Origin: Octopus vulgaris
Lineage: Eukaryota
Assembly (NCBI GenBank): GCA_951406725.2
Contig: OX597816.1
Span: 152,830,001 to 152,894,000 of the forward strand
Reading direction: 5' to 3'
Length of the DNA stretch: 64,000 bases
This document shows, piece by piece, positions 1 to 14,340 of the stretch. How positions within the stretch are numbered: position 1 is the stretch's first letter; every line of letters starts with the position of its first letter. Made by a program: the position numbers and the translations under genes. The notes beneath the pieces were generated by a model. That model was given only the letters and a program-made list of their open reading frames with translations, did no database searches and had not been told where the DNA came from.

Positions 1-49
<49 letters not shown>

Positions 50-319
50 CACAAGTTAAGATAGGGGTTATGGGTGTAACCCACTAAGGGATAGCATTTA
101 TCCAATATACTGTTGGTGAAGTACCCAGATTCTTAATACATAAATGTTTTTAATTGCAATGCAATTAACTCATTTATCATATTAAACGAGTGAATGTAAA
201 TAAATATTTTTACCGTTAATTTATAATACAAATAACAAAATGCATAAATAATCCAACATTCTAATATCCGAAAGTTGATGAACAAACTAGATTTGTTTCT
301 CCATTTTCTTATTATTTGT

Positions 320-390
<71 letters not shown>

Positions 391-776
391 ATGACTTTCC
401 TTTAGCTATAGCATCTAAAGTGAATCAAATTATGATTTTCTCTCTTTTTGCACTGTTCATTTTAGTCATTATTGTTACGGCCATTCTGGAGCAACCAGTT
501 CGTTGATGACTGTTCTGTTGTGTTTTCATGATGTCTTTATCATATACGTGAACAGCAAAATATTTCTTTTAAAATTGAGAATTCCTACATGAATGTCAAA
601 TTTCATCCTCTTAAGAAAATCGAGTGCCTTTTGATTGAAATTACCGTTATAAATCAGTTAATCGTTGCAATAACACATAAATAGGGGTACAAATTTTTTT
701 GTGTTTGTAAAGAACTATGTTTGTGGATTAGGCAATATTTTAGACTTGATTTCAAGAATGTCCATCTTCAAGATTG

Positions 777-902
777 TCCATCCATCCATCCATCCATCCA
801 TCCATCCATCCATCCATCCATCCATCCATCCATCCACCCATGTATGTATGTATGTATGTATGTATGTATGTATGTATGTATGTATGTATGTATGTATGCG
901 AG

Positions 903-973
<71 letters not shown>

Positions 974-1132
974 TTATCTATCTATTAATAGGATGTGGAA
1001 ATGCATGTGCTCGTGTGTATTCCAGTGATATACAGAAAACAATATAATCTTGATTATACAGATGTATATACACACATATTCTAACATAAAATGTTGTATG
1101 CGTGCAGGTATATATGTATGTAAATATGTATG

Positions 1133-1171
<39 letters not shown>

Positions 1172-1232
1172 GTAGGTATGTATGTATGTATGTATGTATG
1201 TATGTATGTATGTATGTATGTATGTATGTATG

Positions 1233-1298
<66 letters not shown>
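777..1298. repeat. Compound microsatellites (TCCA)n/(TATG)n/(TATC)n/(TA)n
   Basis: Directly visible. Representative of dozens of similar tracts (e.g. 2705-2925, 7688-7976, 54895-55199). Confidence 0.97.
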
Positions 1299-1300
<2 letters not shown>

Positions 1301-1468
1301 AAAACAGGTTGCTTGACCTGTTTTGCCTGTCCCTTTTTCTTATATACAATATATATACTGAACTTTACAGAAGTTCCTGCCGGTAATCGGCTATATTTAC
1401 ATACCGAATTCTACCAGTAAATAATTGGGTTTTTTTAAAAGCCTTTATAGAAATTATTTACTCTTATC

Positions 1469-1514
<46 letters not shown>

Positions 1515-1807
1515 GCGGTGGTGCCCCAGCATGGCCGCGGCCTTCGGGCTAAAACATTTTTAAGGATTTAAGGATATATATACGTATATGTGTATGATAT
1601 ATGAATATCTATCTGTATATGTGCATTAATATATACATATATTTATTTGTGGGTTTCACTTGAAATCTTCGTTACGTTGTTAACCCACAAATGAAAATAA
1701 AAACATCTAACTGCCAATGCGATGTTGAGCACTCATTCGTTCTTTTCGATATTAGCCTATGTGTATATGTATAAGTATATATGTATGGATATACTTATAT
1801 ATATATT

Positions 1808-1851
<44 letters not shown>

Positions 1852-2030
1852 ACACACAGGCTCATATATATATATGTATGTGTGTATGCATGCGTGCGTG
1901 TGCGTGTGTATGTGTATACAGAGTGAAAGAGAGTGTGTGTTCTTTCCTTCACTGAGCATCTCATTAACACTTTGCACGTACTACGTTTCCCGTTGTGTAT
2001 TTCTCGTCATTTCTCTCCGATTTTTTTTAT

Positions 2031-2170
<140 letters not shown>

Positions 2171-2705
2171 GTATATATGTATGTGTATATGTGTATGTAT
2201 TTATGTGTGTGTATACATATATATATATATAAATTCACAGAAACACACTCGCGCCCGCAGTTTCGTTCGTATGTATGCAAACTTACATATTCTGTTAAAT
2301 ATATGACCCATACCTACTCTCACACTTACACATATATATCATGTAATTCATATAGGATATGTATTATATATACACACATGCCTATAGTATAGGTAATTTT
2401 TCATATAAAAATATCAGTCTTTCCATTCATTGAAAGGGAGGGACTGAGAGGAAGAGAATGAGTATGACTGAAAGGGAGTTCGAAGTACAGAAAATAATCT
2501 AACAAACTAAGATATGAGACTGTGACACCTGTATATATAAGCATGTACATACATACTGCAGAGTTAAATAAGATTCGCGAAAAACCTTGTAGAGTGCTGG
2601 CACTGGATGACACTACGTGTCACCAATGTACTAAAGGTGCAAGAATGTGTCAAAACTATTGTAATGATCTCAAATAAAGAATTTTTCTAAATTTCATTTT
2701 CCATG

Positions 2706-2736
<31 letters not shown>

Positions 2737-2773
2737 ATATCTATTTATCTATCTATCTATATCTATCTATCTC

Positions 2774-2926
<153 letters not shown>

Positions 2927-3246
2927 TACGATCCCTTTTGATCGAAAACCTACGCCGCCTTCTTTTTTTCACCCCCAAAAGAAAATCTCTACCTTGTAAT
3001 TTGTCCCATCTGTGTGCAGCCCTGTGTGGCCAATAAAGAAACTTATCTTCACCAAGATTTTCTACACTTGATAAATTACAGCATTGGTCTGGAACCCGAC
3101 AGTGTTGATAGCCCAATATTCGGGTTGAGTGCATCTCTGGAAATACCCTACCTATACACCCTGCTAGGACCTAAGATATATATTTACACACACACACACA
3201 CACATGTATATAAATTTATATATACACATATATATACAGGCATACT

Positions 3247-3291
<45 letters not shown>

Positions 3292-3440
3292 TATACTTAT
3301 TTAAACATACATATATACTTATGTTCGTCATTATATTGATAAAAAATAGTGTGAGTGAGTGAAGATGTAGTACGAAGTGGTATGTGCATATATGTGTGTG
3401 TGTGTGTGTGCATACACGTACACATATATACACACACATA

Positions 3441-3517
<77 letters not shown>

Positions 3518-4792
3518 TTCTATCTATGTATATATACATACATATGCAAATGTACATACGTGTGTGTATGTGTGTGTATGCATGTGCATAAAGAAGGCGG
3601 TCGAATGAGAATGAATGCATATGTATTAGGAAGCTGAATATATGTTGACTGAGTATATTAGCAACGTGGTAAAACAGCCAGCTCTTACCTGTCAGTTACG
3701 TGATCGGGTTACTATAAGAATCCAAAAACTTTGAATTCCTTAAAGATGAACACAGTTTGGAAGTTTGGACCTGGATATAGACAGCGCATGTCATGTTTGT
3801 TATTTTAATTCGATCTGGTGCCATGGTGGGGAACCAATGTTGGAATTCTATCATCTGACAACGATTGTGTAATATTCTTAAACTTTTGATCAGTTGATGA
3901 AAACAAAGTTTCATATCTTGGAGTTTCTACACACTTTATCTCCAAGACATCTACTACATTCGCACAAAGGAGATTAATTTGTTTACGTATGAATGTATAC
4001 ATGTATGAATGTACATATTTCAGAATCGGTTTTTACAAAAGTACTGCTCTACAATGGTCGCAGCCAAGTATAGACTGGAGCCAATAAAATGATGTAAATT
4101 AAAAGAATTTGTATATCTAGATATATGTTTCTTTATAGGTAGACAAAGACAAAACTATATGCATTTACATTTATTTACATGCATATATGATTTCATCTAA
4201 GATATGAGTGAATATTATGCATATATCTACATATGTATATATGTATATATGTATGTGTGTGTGTATGATGTATGTATGAGCAGAATTTTTAATGTATATA
4301 TGATGTGTTCTTATCGCCATGCATAATTGTGTCTATTTATGCATGTACAAGTCTATTAGAAAAAACAGAGTATATGTCGACTGTTGTACGATTGTATTAT
4401 ACTCCTCCAAAAATATTTTGTTTTACGGTTATGTTTATCGTCTACACACATATCTTACTAAAGCACCAATCCGTGCTTCCATTTACTTTTGCAAGGGATT
4501 TGGTGAAGGGTCAAGATGGTTTTCTTTGTATTACTGTACAACTTTATCCTACCTTAAACACTTACTAGTGTAACAGAGTAAGGTAAATATAAATTAGTCT
4601 ATGTGAGAGCATCAACTAGGACAAAGCCTATAGATTCTCGATTAATATGTTTTTTTTTCTTGTGGTAAACAGACAAAACAAACCATGACCGAACAAGATA
4701 CTCAATCATTTGACTAATGAAAAAATAAATAAATGAAAAGAAAAACAAACAATCATAAAGAAAAGAAAAATGAAAATAAAGAAAATCTAAAG

Positions 4793-4855
<63 letters not shown>

Positions 4856-5430
4856 AATAAATACAGGGAAATCCCTTTAAATTAGACGTCAAAAGTAAAA
4901 ATAAAGGAAAACGGAAAAGGGAAGTGTAAAGGCTACATGAAATAAAGAAAAAATATATAAAATAAAACGAATAGTACCAACCGAAGTATAACAACAAAAA
5001 GGAAAATAAAAGTAGGAAAACAACAACAATGATGAAATGTGTGGGTTAAGTGGGATGCTGGATGTGTAGAAATGGATGTGAGGTATTGATGTGGGACATT
5101 GGTGTTGTCAGAGTTAAGTGTTTGCTGGTTAGAGTTAATATTTTGGTGTTGATGTTGTTGTAAACAGGAGTTGTAACGACGCTGATTTTGTTGTTGTCGT
5201 TGTCGTTGTTGTTGATGGTATTGGTGGTAGTGGTGGTGGTGGTGGTGGTAGTGGTGGTCGTAATGGTTTTAGTTATGTTAGTGGTGATGTTGGTGGCGGT
5301 GGTGGTGGTGGTGGTGGTGGGACTAATTTCAGGACTCCCTCGGCACCTTGAAGACAGATGATTAAAACCGTTCAGTTCAGTGATGGCAAACATGTTTAAG
5401 AGAAGAAGTGAAGCAGGGAAGCTTACTTAC

Positions 5431-5474
5431 CTGCTGGTGAATATTTCTTTCCTAGCCGGCTTGTCGTCACTCAT
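5431..5474 (-). CDS. Candidate first coding exon, MSDDKPARKEIFTS(R/S), unknown product
   Basis: Minus strand reads agtATGAGTGACGAC...ACCAGCAG|GTAAGTAAG: A at -3, 14 open codons plus 2 nt, and a perfect consensus donor in unique sequence. Downstream exons not identified. Confidence 0.45.
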
Positions 5475-5884
5475 ACTACCTGTTTTAGCACTGTTGCAAA
5501 CAAGTTTTACAACTCCCTCTGCTTACTACAGGCTTGACCGCCGTCGCACAATCCACTAAAGCAAACCTGTTTTCTCTCTCCCCAACAACAACTGGCAAAT
5601 ATAGTAACTACTCTGCCTTCTTTCTTTTGTATTTATTTTTTACACCTTCGCTTCCCTTCCTTCCTTCTCTCTCTCTCTCACTCACTCCCTTGCTCTTTCT
5701 AACTTATTCACTTACTCTCTCTCTTAATGTACCTCCCTCGCTCTCCTCGTCTCTCTCTCTCTGTCTCTCTCTCTCTCTCATTCGCTCTCACCTTTTCCTA
5801 TTCTTTTCTTCTATTTGCTTGACTGCTTATATTTTCCATCATTATTATTAGTAATAGTGTTTCTCAACGCTCTTCTGACATTAT

Positions 5885-5930
<46 letters not shown>

Positions 5931-5991
5931 ATTATGTGTATACGTGTATATGTATATAGATACTCGTATGTATATATACTCGCATAAACAA

Positions 5992-6060
<69 letters not shown>

Positions 6061-6182
6061 TATATGACTTTACAACAGGTTAAATTGTTATTTATTCCAT
6101 AACTGGATCGGAGTGACTATCGAGAAGCAGCAAAATCTTTCCGTGGATATACTTATAAAATAGTCATTTCTCAACTGTCTTT

Positions 6183-6263
<81 letters not shown>

Positions 6264-6273
6264 TTATCTGTCT

Positions 6274-6349
<76 letters not shown>

Positions 6350-6454
6350 CAAGCATCTGCAAACATATAATGTTAGTGTAGTACATATACACACACTCAC
6401 ATACACACATACACACATAAAAGAAGAATGGAGTTACCGATATTAGTTTTAATG

Positions 6455-7038
6455 ATGGTTTCAAATTTTGGTACAAGGCCAACAACTCCGAGGAAGGGGC
6501 TAAGTCGATTAAATTGACCACAGTGCTCAACTGGTACTTATTTTAGCGACTCCGAAAGAATGTAAGGCAAAGTCGACTCTGCTGGCATTTGAACCCAGAA
6601 CGTAAAGACGGACGCAATGTCACTAAGCATTGGTACGAGTGTGCTAAAGACTACGTCTGCGCGTCGCCTTATATTATTTTTAAAATTAAAATTAATATTC
6701 GTTTCTACTCTAGGCACGAGGTCCGAAATTTTTTTGGAAGGGCCAGTCGATAAGATCGACCCCATTACGCAACTGGTTCTTAATTTATCGTAAAGGCCCA
6801 CAAAATACCTATTTCTTTACTACCCACAAGGGGCTAAACACAGAGAGGACAAACAAGGAGAGACAAACGGATTAAGTCGATTATATCGACCCCAGTGCGT
6901 AAATGGTACTTAATTACCTCGAAAGGATGAAAGGCAAAGTCGACCTCGGCGGAATTTGAACTCAGAACGTTGCGGCAGATGAAATACTGCTAAGCATTTC
7001 GCCTGGCGTGCTAACGTTTCTGTCAGCTCGCCGCCTTA
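6455..7038 (-). mobile_element. Two copies of SINE family B
   Basis: Reverse complement of the ggcggcgagctggcaga...gagttcaaattccgccgaggtcgactttgcctttcatcctttcggggtcgataaattaagtaccag repeat seen many times in the window. Confidence 0.85.
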
Positions 7039-7109
7039 ATATCAAAATTAATATGCCAGGTGTTTTTACCTGGCATATTAATTTTGATATTATATATATA
7101 TATTAATAT

Positions 7110-7305
7110 ATTCTTTTACTTGTTTCAGTCATTTGACTGTGGCCATGTTGTAGCACTGCCCTTTAGTCGAACAAATCGACTCCACGACTTATTCTTTGTT
7201 AGCCTAGTACATATTCTGTCGGTTCTTTTTGCCGAATCGCTAAGTTACGCGGATGTAAACACACAGCATCGGTTGTCAAGCGATGTTGGGAGGACAAACT
7301 CACAA

Positions 7306-7310
<5 letters not shown>
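7110..7310 (-). mobile_element. SINE family A, 3' part
   Basis: ttttacttgtttcagtcatttgactgtggccatg... is the reverse complement of the tail of the 7977-8328 copy. Confidence 0.85.
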
Positions 7311-7375
<65 letters not shown>

Positions 7376-7529
7376 GCTTCTCCTGCGCTTGAGACAAGCA
7401 TATACACATATAAGACAAATATATATATATGTATATATTTGTATATACATATGTATACATATGTGTTTATATATATGCATGTATACATATATATATATAT
7501 TAGAAAGTTTGGAGATGATGTACAGGTAT

Positions 7530-7833
<304 letters not shown>

Positions 7834-7896
7834 TAATATATATACATAAATATATATACATATGTATAAATATATATATATGTATATATGCATATA

Positions 7897-7976
<80 letters not shown>

Positions 7977-7978
<2 letters not shown>

Positions 7979-8328
7979 CGCAGGAGTGGCTGTGTGGTAG
8001 TAGCTTGCTAACCAACCACACGGTTGCGGGTTAGTCCACTGCGTATCTTGGGCAATATAGCCCCGGGCCGACCAATGCCTTGTGAGTGGATTTGGTAGAC
8101 GGAAACTGAAAGAAGCCTGTCGTATATGTGTATATATGTGTATATGTGTGTTTGTGTGTCTGTGTTTGTCCCCCTAGCATTGCTTGACAACCGATGCTGG
8201 TGTGTTTATGTCCCCGTCACTTAGCGGTTCGGCAAAAAAAGACCGTATAGAATAAGTACTAAAAGGTGGTGCTCCAGCATGGCCGCAGTCAAATGACTGA
8301 AACAAGTAAAAGAGTAAAGAGTAAAAGA
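7977..8328 (+). mobile_element. tRNA-derived SINE family A, near full length
   Basis: tRNA-like head (ggcgcaggagtggctgtgtggt...gggtt), cttgggca core, internal TG microsatellite, and tail gcatggccgcagtcaaatgactgaaacaagtaaaagag. More than 10 related copies in the window. Confidence 0.9.
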
Positions 8329-8376
<48 letters not shown>

Positions 8377-8409
8377 GGAGATGTATAAGTATATGTATAT
8401 GCATATATG

Positions 8410-8440
<31 letters not shown>

Positions 8441-8471
8441 TATATGTATATATGCATACATCCATATATAC

Positions 8472-8507
<36 letters not shown>

Positions 8508-8766
8508 GCGTATATACACACGCAAGTGTATATAGTCGCATATACATATACTTTATATACTGTATATATATACATTGCAAATATCTATGCATAAATATTT
8601 GTATACGTTTTTCTGCGTTCATTCATACATATGTGTATGGATCTGATTTTCCCGTACTTCTTAAATAATTTTCGATCTCCCGTTATGTGTCTTTCATTCC
8701 ATCATTCTATCTCATCTTTGTTGTTTTTTGTATTTGTCGGTCTTATAATTCTGGTATCCTCTACAG

Positions 8767-8822
8767 GTAGTGTTGTTGCTAAGACGATTGAAGTTGTCAA
8801 CATTCTTAAGGATTCAAGTGAT
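8767..8822 (+). CDS. Candidate internal exon (G)SVVAKTIEVVNILKDSSD of the plus-strand gene
   Basis: Long T-rich tract then ctctacag|, open frame, |gtaaca donor; phase 1 to 0, compatible with 12313. Confidence 0.3.
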
Positions 8823-8901
8823 GTAACAGATTTTTGTTTGTATTTTATTCTTCATTTATTATCCTATTCTAGTCTACATGTATATCCATATATGTGTTCA
8901 T

Positions 8902-8960
<59 letters not shown>

Positions 8961-9127
8961 CACATACACGTAGGCATACGCACACAATTTATAGCGGCAT
9001 AATCACTCATTTTAAGATCTATGGAATACTATTTACTGAATAGCGAGTTGTATAATAAATTCATATGTACCTAACATTCACATATACATACATACATCTA
9101 TAGATATATGTGTGTGTGTGTGTGTGC

Positions 9128-9166
<39 letters not shown>

Positions 9167-9209
9167 CATACATATATATATATATATATATACATATGTA
9201 CATTCTTTT

Positions 9210-9540
9210 ATTCTTTATTATTTTATTCAGTTATTTGACTGTGGTCATGCTGGAGCACCGCCTTTGGTCGAACAAATCGACCTTAGGACTTATTCTTTGT
9301 AAGCCTGGTACTTATTCCATCGGGCACTCTTGCGCAGTTTCGGGGACGTAAACACACCATCACCGATAGTCAATTGATTGTGTGTGTGTGGCGGGGACAA
9401 ACACAGACAGACAGATACCCCCCCACACACACACACACATACAATGAGAGTATTTCCGTTTCCGTCTACCAGATCCATTCACAAGGCTCTGGTCAGGCCG
9501 AAGCTATAGTAGAAGACACTAAACCAAGGTACCACGCAAT
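9210..9540 (-). mobile_element. SINE family A
   Basis: Reverse-complement match to 7977-8328. Confidence 0.85.
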
Positions 9541-9547
9541 GGGACTT

Positions 9548-9609
<62 letters not shown>

Positions 9610-9622
9610 CATATATATATAC

Positions 9623-9661
<39 letters not shown>

Positions 9662-10033
9662 AATACATATACATATACATATATACATACACACGCACAT
9701 ACATACATACATACATACATACATACATACATACATGTATACTTAGGCTAGATGGTAGAGCTTGCTTACCAACCACATAGTTCCGGGTTCAGTCCCAGTG
9801 CCCGGGTAAGTCTGGTACTATATTCCATCGGGCCACCAAAGCCTGATGGATTGATTCGGTAGACGGAAACAGACCACCACAGACAGACAGATACCCCCAT
9901 CACTTGACACACCGATATTGAGTGTGTTTGCGTTTCCGTCTACCAGATCCATCCACAAGGCCTCTACTCAGCTTACGAAGCTATAGTCCTGGGGTCGAGT
10001 TCACTAAAGGCGGTGTGCCATGCAATGGGACTT

Positions 10034-10085
<52 letters not shown>

Positions 10086-10098
10086 CATATATATATAC

Positions 10099-10133
<35 letters not shown>

Positions 10134-10378
10134 AATACATATACATATACATATATACATACACACGCACATACATACATACATACATACATACATACAT
10201 ACATACATACATACATACATGTATACTTAGGCTAGATGGTAAGTAGCTTGCTTACCAACCACATAGTTCCGGGTTCAGTCCCAGTGCCCGGCACCTTGGG
10301 TAAGTGTCTTCTACTATAGCTTCGGGCCAACCAAAGCCTGATGGATTGATTTGGTAGAAGACGGAAACTGAAAGAATA

Positions 10379-10409
<31 letters not shown>

Positions 10410-10504
10410 ATTATGTATGTATGTGTGTGTGTGTGTGTGTGTGTGCGTGCGTGTGTGTGTGTGTGTGCACCCACGCATCGTGCTTGTACAACATATATTG
10501 GTGT

Positions 10505-11158
10505 ATTTTTTCTACACGTAGGCACAAGGCAGATTTTTGGCAAAAGGGGCCAGTCGATTAGATCGAATCAGTACGCAACTAGGTACTTAATTTATCGACC
10601 CCGAAAGGATGAAAGGCAAAGTCGACCTCGGCGGAATTTGAACTCAGAACGTAAAGACAGATGAAATACCTATATCTTTACTGGCCGCAGTCAAATGACC
10701 GTAGTCAAATGACAGCATGACCGCAGTCAAATGTTTTAAGTTCAATTATGATAAAAGCAATTTTACATGAATCTGTTGGGTTATTCAATACTTTTCGAGT
10801 ACAAATTTATTATTCTTACACAAGAATGTTGTTGACAGTAACTTCGAAGATTCGGCAGTTAAGCTAACGTTTCTGTCAGCTCGCCGCCTTTATATATATG
10901 ATTATTGCCTCATCTTGTGCGATGATTGTCGTCTCACATTTCAGCCTGACTATTCTGCTTTACTTTCAGCCTTATATGTGTATGATCAACATCGAACTTT
11001 ATAAAATACAAAAGAGATTGAATGGAGTGGAATTAGGTTTTAATGGTCGGTTGCTATGGAAAAGTGTCTTGGATAAACTTTTAATTGATTAAATTTGTTA
11101 TTTTTTAAAAGCTATCATGTATGTAAACTTTTGTAAACACATACATAATACACACATA

Positions 11159-11212
<54 letters not shown>

Positions 11213-11217
11213 TGCGT

Positions 11218-11248
<31 letters not shown>

Positions 11249-11475
11249 CGTGTGTGTGTGTGTGTGTGCACGCGCGCACGTGCGTACACATATATTATTA
11301 TTATTTTCTACACTAGGCACAAGGCCCGGGATTTTTGGAGGGGCCAGTCGATTAGATCGAATCAGTACGAAAACAAATGGTACTTCAATTTATCGACCCC
11401 GAAAGGATGAAAGGACAAATAACGCAAAGTCGACAGTCTCGGCTGGAATTTGAACTCAGAACGTAAAGACAGATG
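10505..11475 (-). mobile_element. Two SINE family B copies (10505-10680, 11305-11475)
   Basis: atttatcgaccccgaaaggatgaaagg core present in both. Confidence 0.8.
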
Positions 11476-11566
11476 AGTCTCTAAGTGCTTTTACTTCATG
11501 CAGAGATACGTCGGACCTATTCTTTACTGAAGATACCTGCACAGCATATTGACGCGCGCGCGCGCG

Positions 11567-11651
<85 letters not shown>

Positions 11652-11924
11652 ATGCACACATTGACTTAGATGCGGGCGCAGAATCCTAGAATATTCTTAA
11701 ATATTCAACCTAGAAAATTACAGAACATGCAGTTACAGAATGAACATTGCGGGCACAGAATGCTAGAATACTTTTATGTATTGAAGCTGGAATAATACTG
11801 GAAAGGAAGAAAAAAAATTAAAATATTGTTGCTGGATTTAGAAATTGCTAAACATATATTTCTGGCATATTTCTGAAATTGTTCATCAAATAATGGGGGC
11901 ACTTTTTGTTTTCAATATTTTTTT

Positions 11925-12270
11925 GCTTTTCGTCTGTTTTTATGTTCTGAGTTCAAATTCCTCCTAGGTCGGCTTTGCCCTTCATCCTTTCGGCGGTCGA
12001 TAAATTAAGTACCAGTTGCGTACTGGGGTCGATCTAATCGACTGACCCCCTCCCCCAAAATTTCGGGCATTAGATAATTAAGTAGAAAAGAATATTTTTG
12101 TGTTTTTCGTCTGTCTTTACGTTCTAAGTTCAAATTCCGCCGAAGTCGACTTTGCCTTTCATCCTTTCAGGGTCGATAAATTAATTACCAGTTGTATACT
12201 GGAGTCGATCTAATCGACTGGCCCCCTCCCCCAAAATTTCGGGCATTGTGCTTAGAGTAGAAAAGAAAAT
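11925..12270 (+). mobile_element. Two tandem SINE family B copies
   Basis: ttcatcctttc..gtcgataaattaa core twice, each ending agtagaaaaga. Confidence 0.85.
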
Positions 12271-12312
12271 ATCTTTTTTGCTTTTTATAGAAAATTATTT
12301 AAATTTAAGTAG

Positions 12313-12380
12313 ATAATTTTATTGAAAAATTTCTTTGGTCTCTGGGAAGAATTCGAGTTTGATCTTGGCCAGACAGAGCG
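12313..12380 (+). CDS. Candidate internal exon IILLKNFFGLWEEFEFDLGQTE(R)
   Basis: aagtag| acceptor, open frame, cg|gttggt donor; phase 0 to 2; unique sequence between SINEs. Confidence 0.33.
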
Positions 12381-12581
12381 GTTGGTGTCTTTCTATGTTT
12401 ATATATATGTTTATATATGCAAGGATGGATGTGTGATAAAAGCCGTATCATTGCAGGTTTTGTCGCACATTTTCTACTCTAGGTTTTGTAGCATGTTGAG
12501 CAGATGTCTTTTACTATAGCTCCGCGCCAACCAGCGCCCTGTGTGAATGGATTTGGTAGATGGAAGGTGAAAGGAACTTGT

Positions 12582-12627
<46 letters not shown>

Positions 12628-12628
<1 letters not shown>

Positions 12629-12826
12629 CTTCTTTTACTTGTTTCAGTCATTTGACCGCGGCCATGCTGGAACACTGCCTTAGTCAAACAAGTCGAGTAG
12701 GGGACCTATTTTTTGCAAGCCTAGTACGTATTCTGTCGGTCTCTTGTCGAACCGCTAGATTACGGGAACGTAAGCACACCAACATCGGTTGTCAAACGAT
12801 GGTAGGGGGACGAGCACAGACATACA

Positions 12827-12891
<65 letters not shown>

Positions 12892-13047
12892 GATGGGTTT
12901 CTTTCAGTTTCCATCTACCACATCCACTCACAAGACTTTGGTCGGCCTGAAATATAGCAGAAGACACTTGCTCAAGGTTCCACGCAGTGGGACTGAATCT
13001 GGAACCATGTGGTTGGGAAGCAAGCTTCTTACCACACAGCCACTCCT
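12628..13047 (-). mobile_element. SINE family A, near full length
   Basis: Reverse complement of head (accacacagccactcct) and tail. Confidence 0.88.
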
Positions 13048-13517
13048 AAACGGTTGCATGTGCGTGTGTTTGTGTGCCTATGTTTGTACCCCAACTGCTT
13101 GACAATAGAATAAGTACCAGGCTTTAAAAAAATGTACAAGGGTCTATTCGTTCGGCTAAAATTCTTTATGTCGGTGTCCTAACATGGCCGCAGTCTAATG
13201 ACTGAAACAAGTTAAAAGATGTGTAAATATGTTTATATATTTATATATATATGTTATGTTCTTTTTCTGTCTGAAGGTCCCAGATGAACATCATGATAGA
13301 AGACAAAAAGAAGAGTATCTCCGTCCAACACGCTTCTTCACCAAAAGAAGTGCAGAAAGGTGACCCCAAAACACGGAAGTGCTGTGCCTTCAGCATCACC
13401 CCAGCATCTGACTGAAACCAGTAAAATGTAAAAGATAAAAGAGAAAAGATATATATATTCTAAAACATTACACACACACACATACACACATACACACACA
13501 TATGTGTGTGTATTGTT

Positions 13518-13760
13518 TTATTCTTTTACTTGTTTCAGTCTTTTGATTGCGGCCAAGCTGGAGTACCGCCTTAAAGGATGTTAGTCGAAGAAATCGACCC
13601 CAGGATTTATTCTTTGTAAGCCTAGTACTTATTCTATGTTTCTTTTGTCGAACCGCTAAGTTACGTGGGGCGGGGGACATAAAACACCGGTATTGATTAT
13701 CAAGCGATGGCGGGGGACACAAACACAGACACACAAACATATACATATACATACACACAA

Positions 13761-13817
<57 letters not shown>

Positions 13818-14309
13818 TCAGGATCACAACATATAGGTACACTGCGACACAATTTCTTTTCCTTAACAGGCCCTGCCCTGATTAACATTGTCTCAAACCT
13901 CAAAGAGGAAAAGGATCCCATTACCTTTAAACGGATTCTGGACAGACTTCTTCAAGGAATACCAGGCAAGCCACCATACCTGGATACAACTCACTCAACA
14001 AGAACTCAATTCTTGAATGGACCATGAACAAAACTTGACTTAAAAAGGATTTAGATAGTCCTATCAGGTGGTACTATCAAGTTAGACATGGCCTGGACCA
14101 ATCTTTGGTCGAAACATTTCTAAGTTTTATCTAAGCATTATATATATACGACGTGCTTCTTCTTGTTTCCGTCTACCAAATCCATTCACAAGGCTTTGGT
14201 TGGCCCGAGGCTATAGAAGACACTATCGCAAGGTGCCACGGAGTGGGGCTGAACCCGGAACCATGTGGTTGGGAAGTAAGCTTCTTACCACACAACCACG
14301 CCTGCGCCC

Positions 14310-14310
<1 letters not shown>
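13518..14310 (-). mobile_element. SINE family A split by a LINE fragment
   Basis: 3' half at 13518-13745 and 5' half at 14145-14310, with an insertion in the internal (CA)n. Confidence 0.8.
13816..14135 (+). mobile_element. CR1-type LINE 3' end fragment
   Basis: Translates LRHNFFSLTGPALINIV...FKRILDRLLQGIPGKP, the typical ORF2 C-terminus of CR1-group LINEs. Confidence 0.75.

Positions 14311-14340
<30 letters not shown>

Noticed and set aside
3689-4002. Coding-like segment with a minus-strand donor
   Set aside because: All frames hit stops before the donor and there is no convincing join to the 5431 exon.
8631-9002. ORF with an apparent signal peptide (LLFFVFVGLIILVSS)
   Set aside because: The hydrophobic stretch is equally explained as a polypyrimidine tract before the 8767 acceptor. 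Secretion is not claimed.
13277-13360. Exon-like segment VPDEHHDRRQKEEYLRPTRFFTKR with dibasic sites (neuropeptide-like)
   Set aside because: LFL..VPDE and SNTLLHQ in shifted frames match the CR1-type LINE C-terminus, so it is more likely a TE relic.
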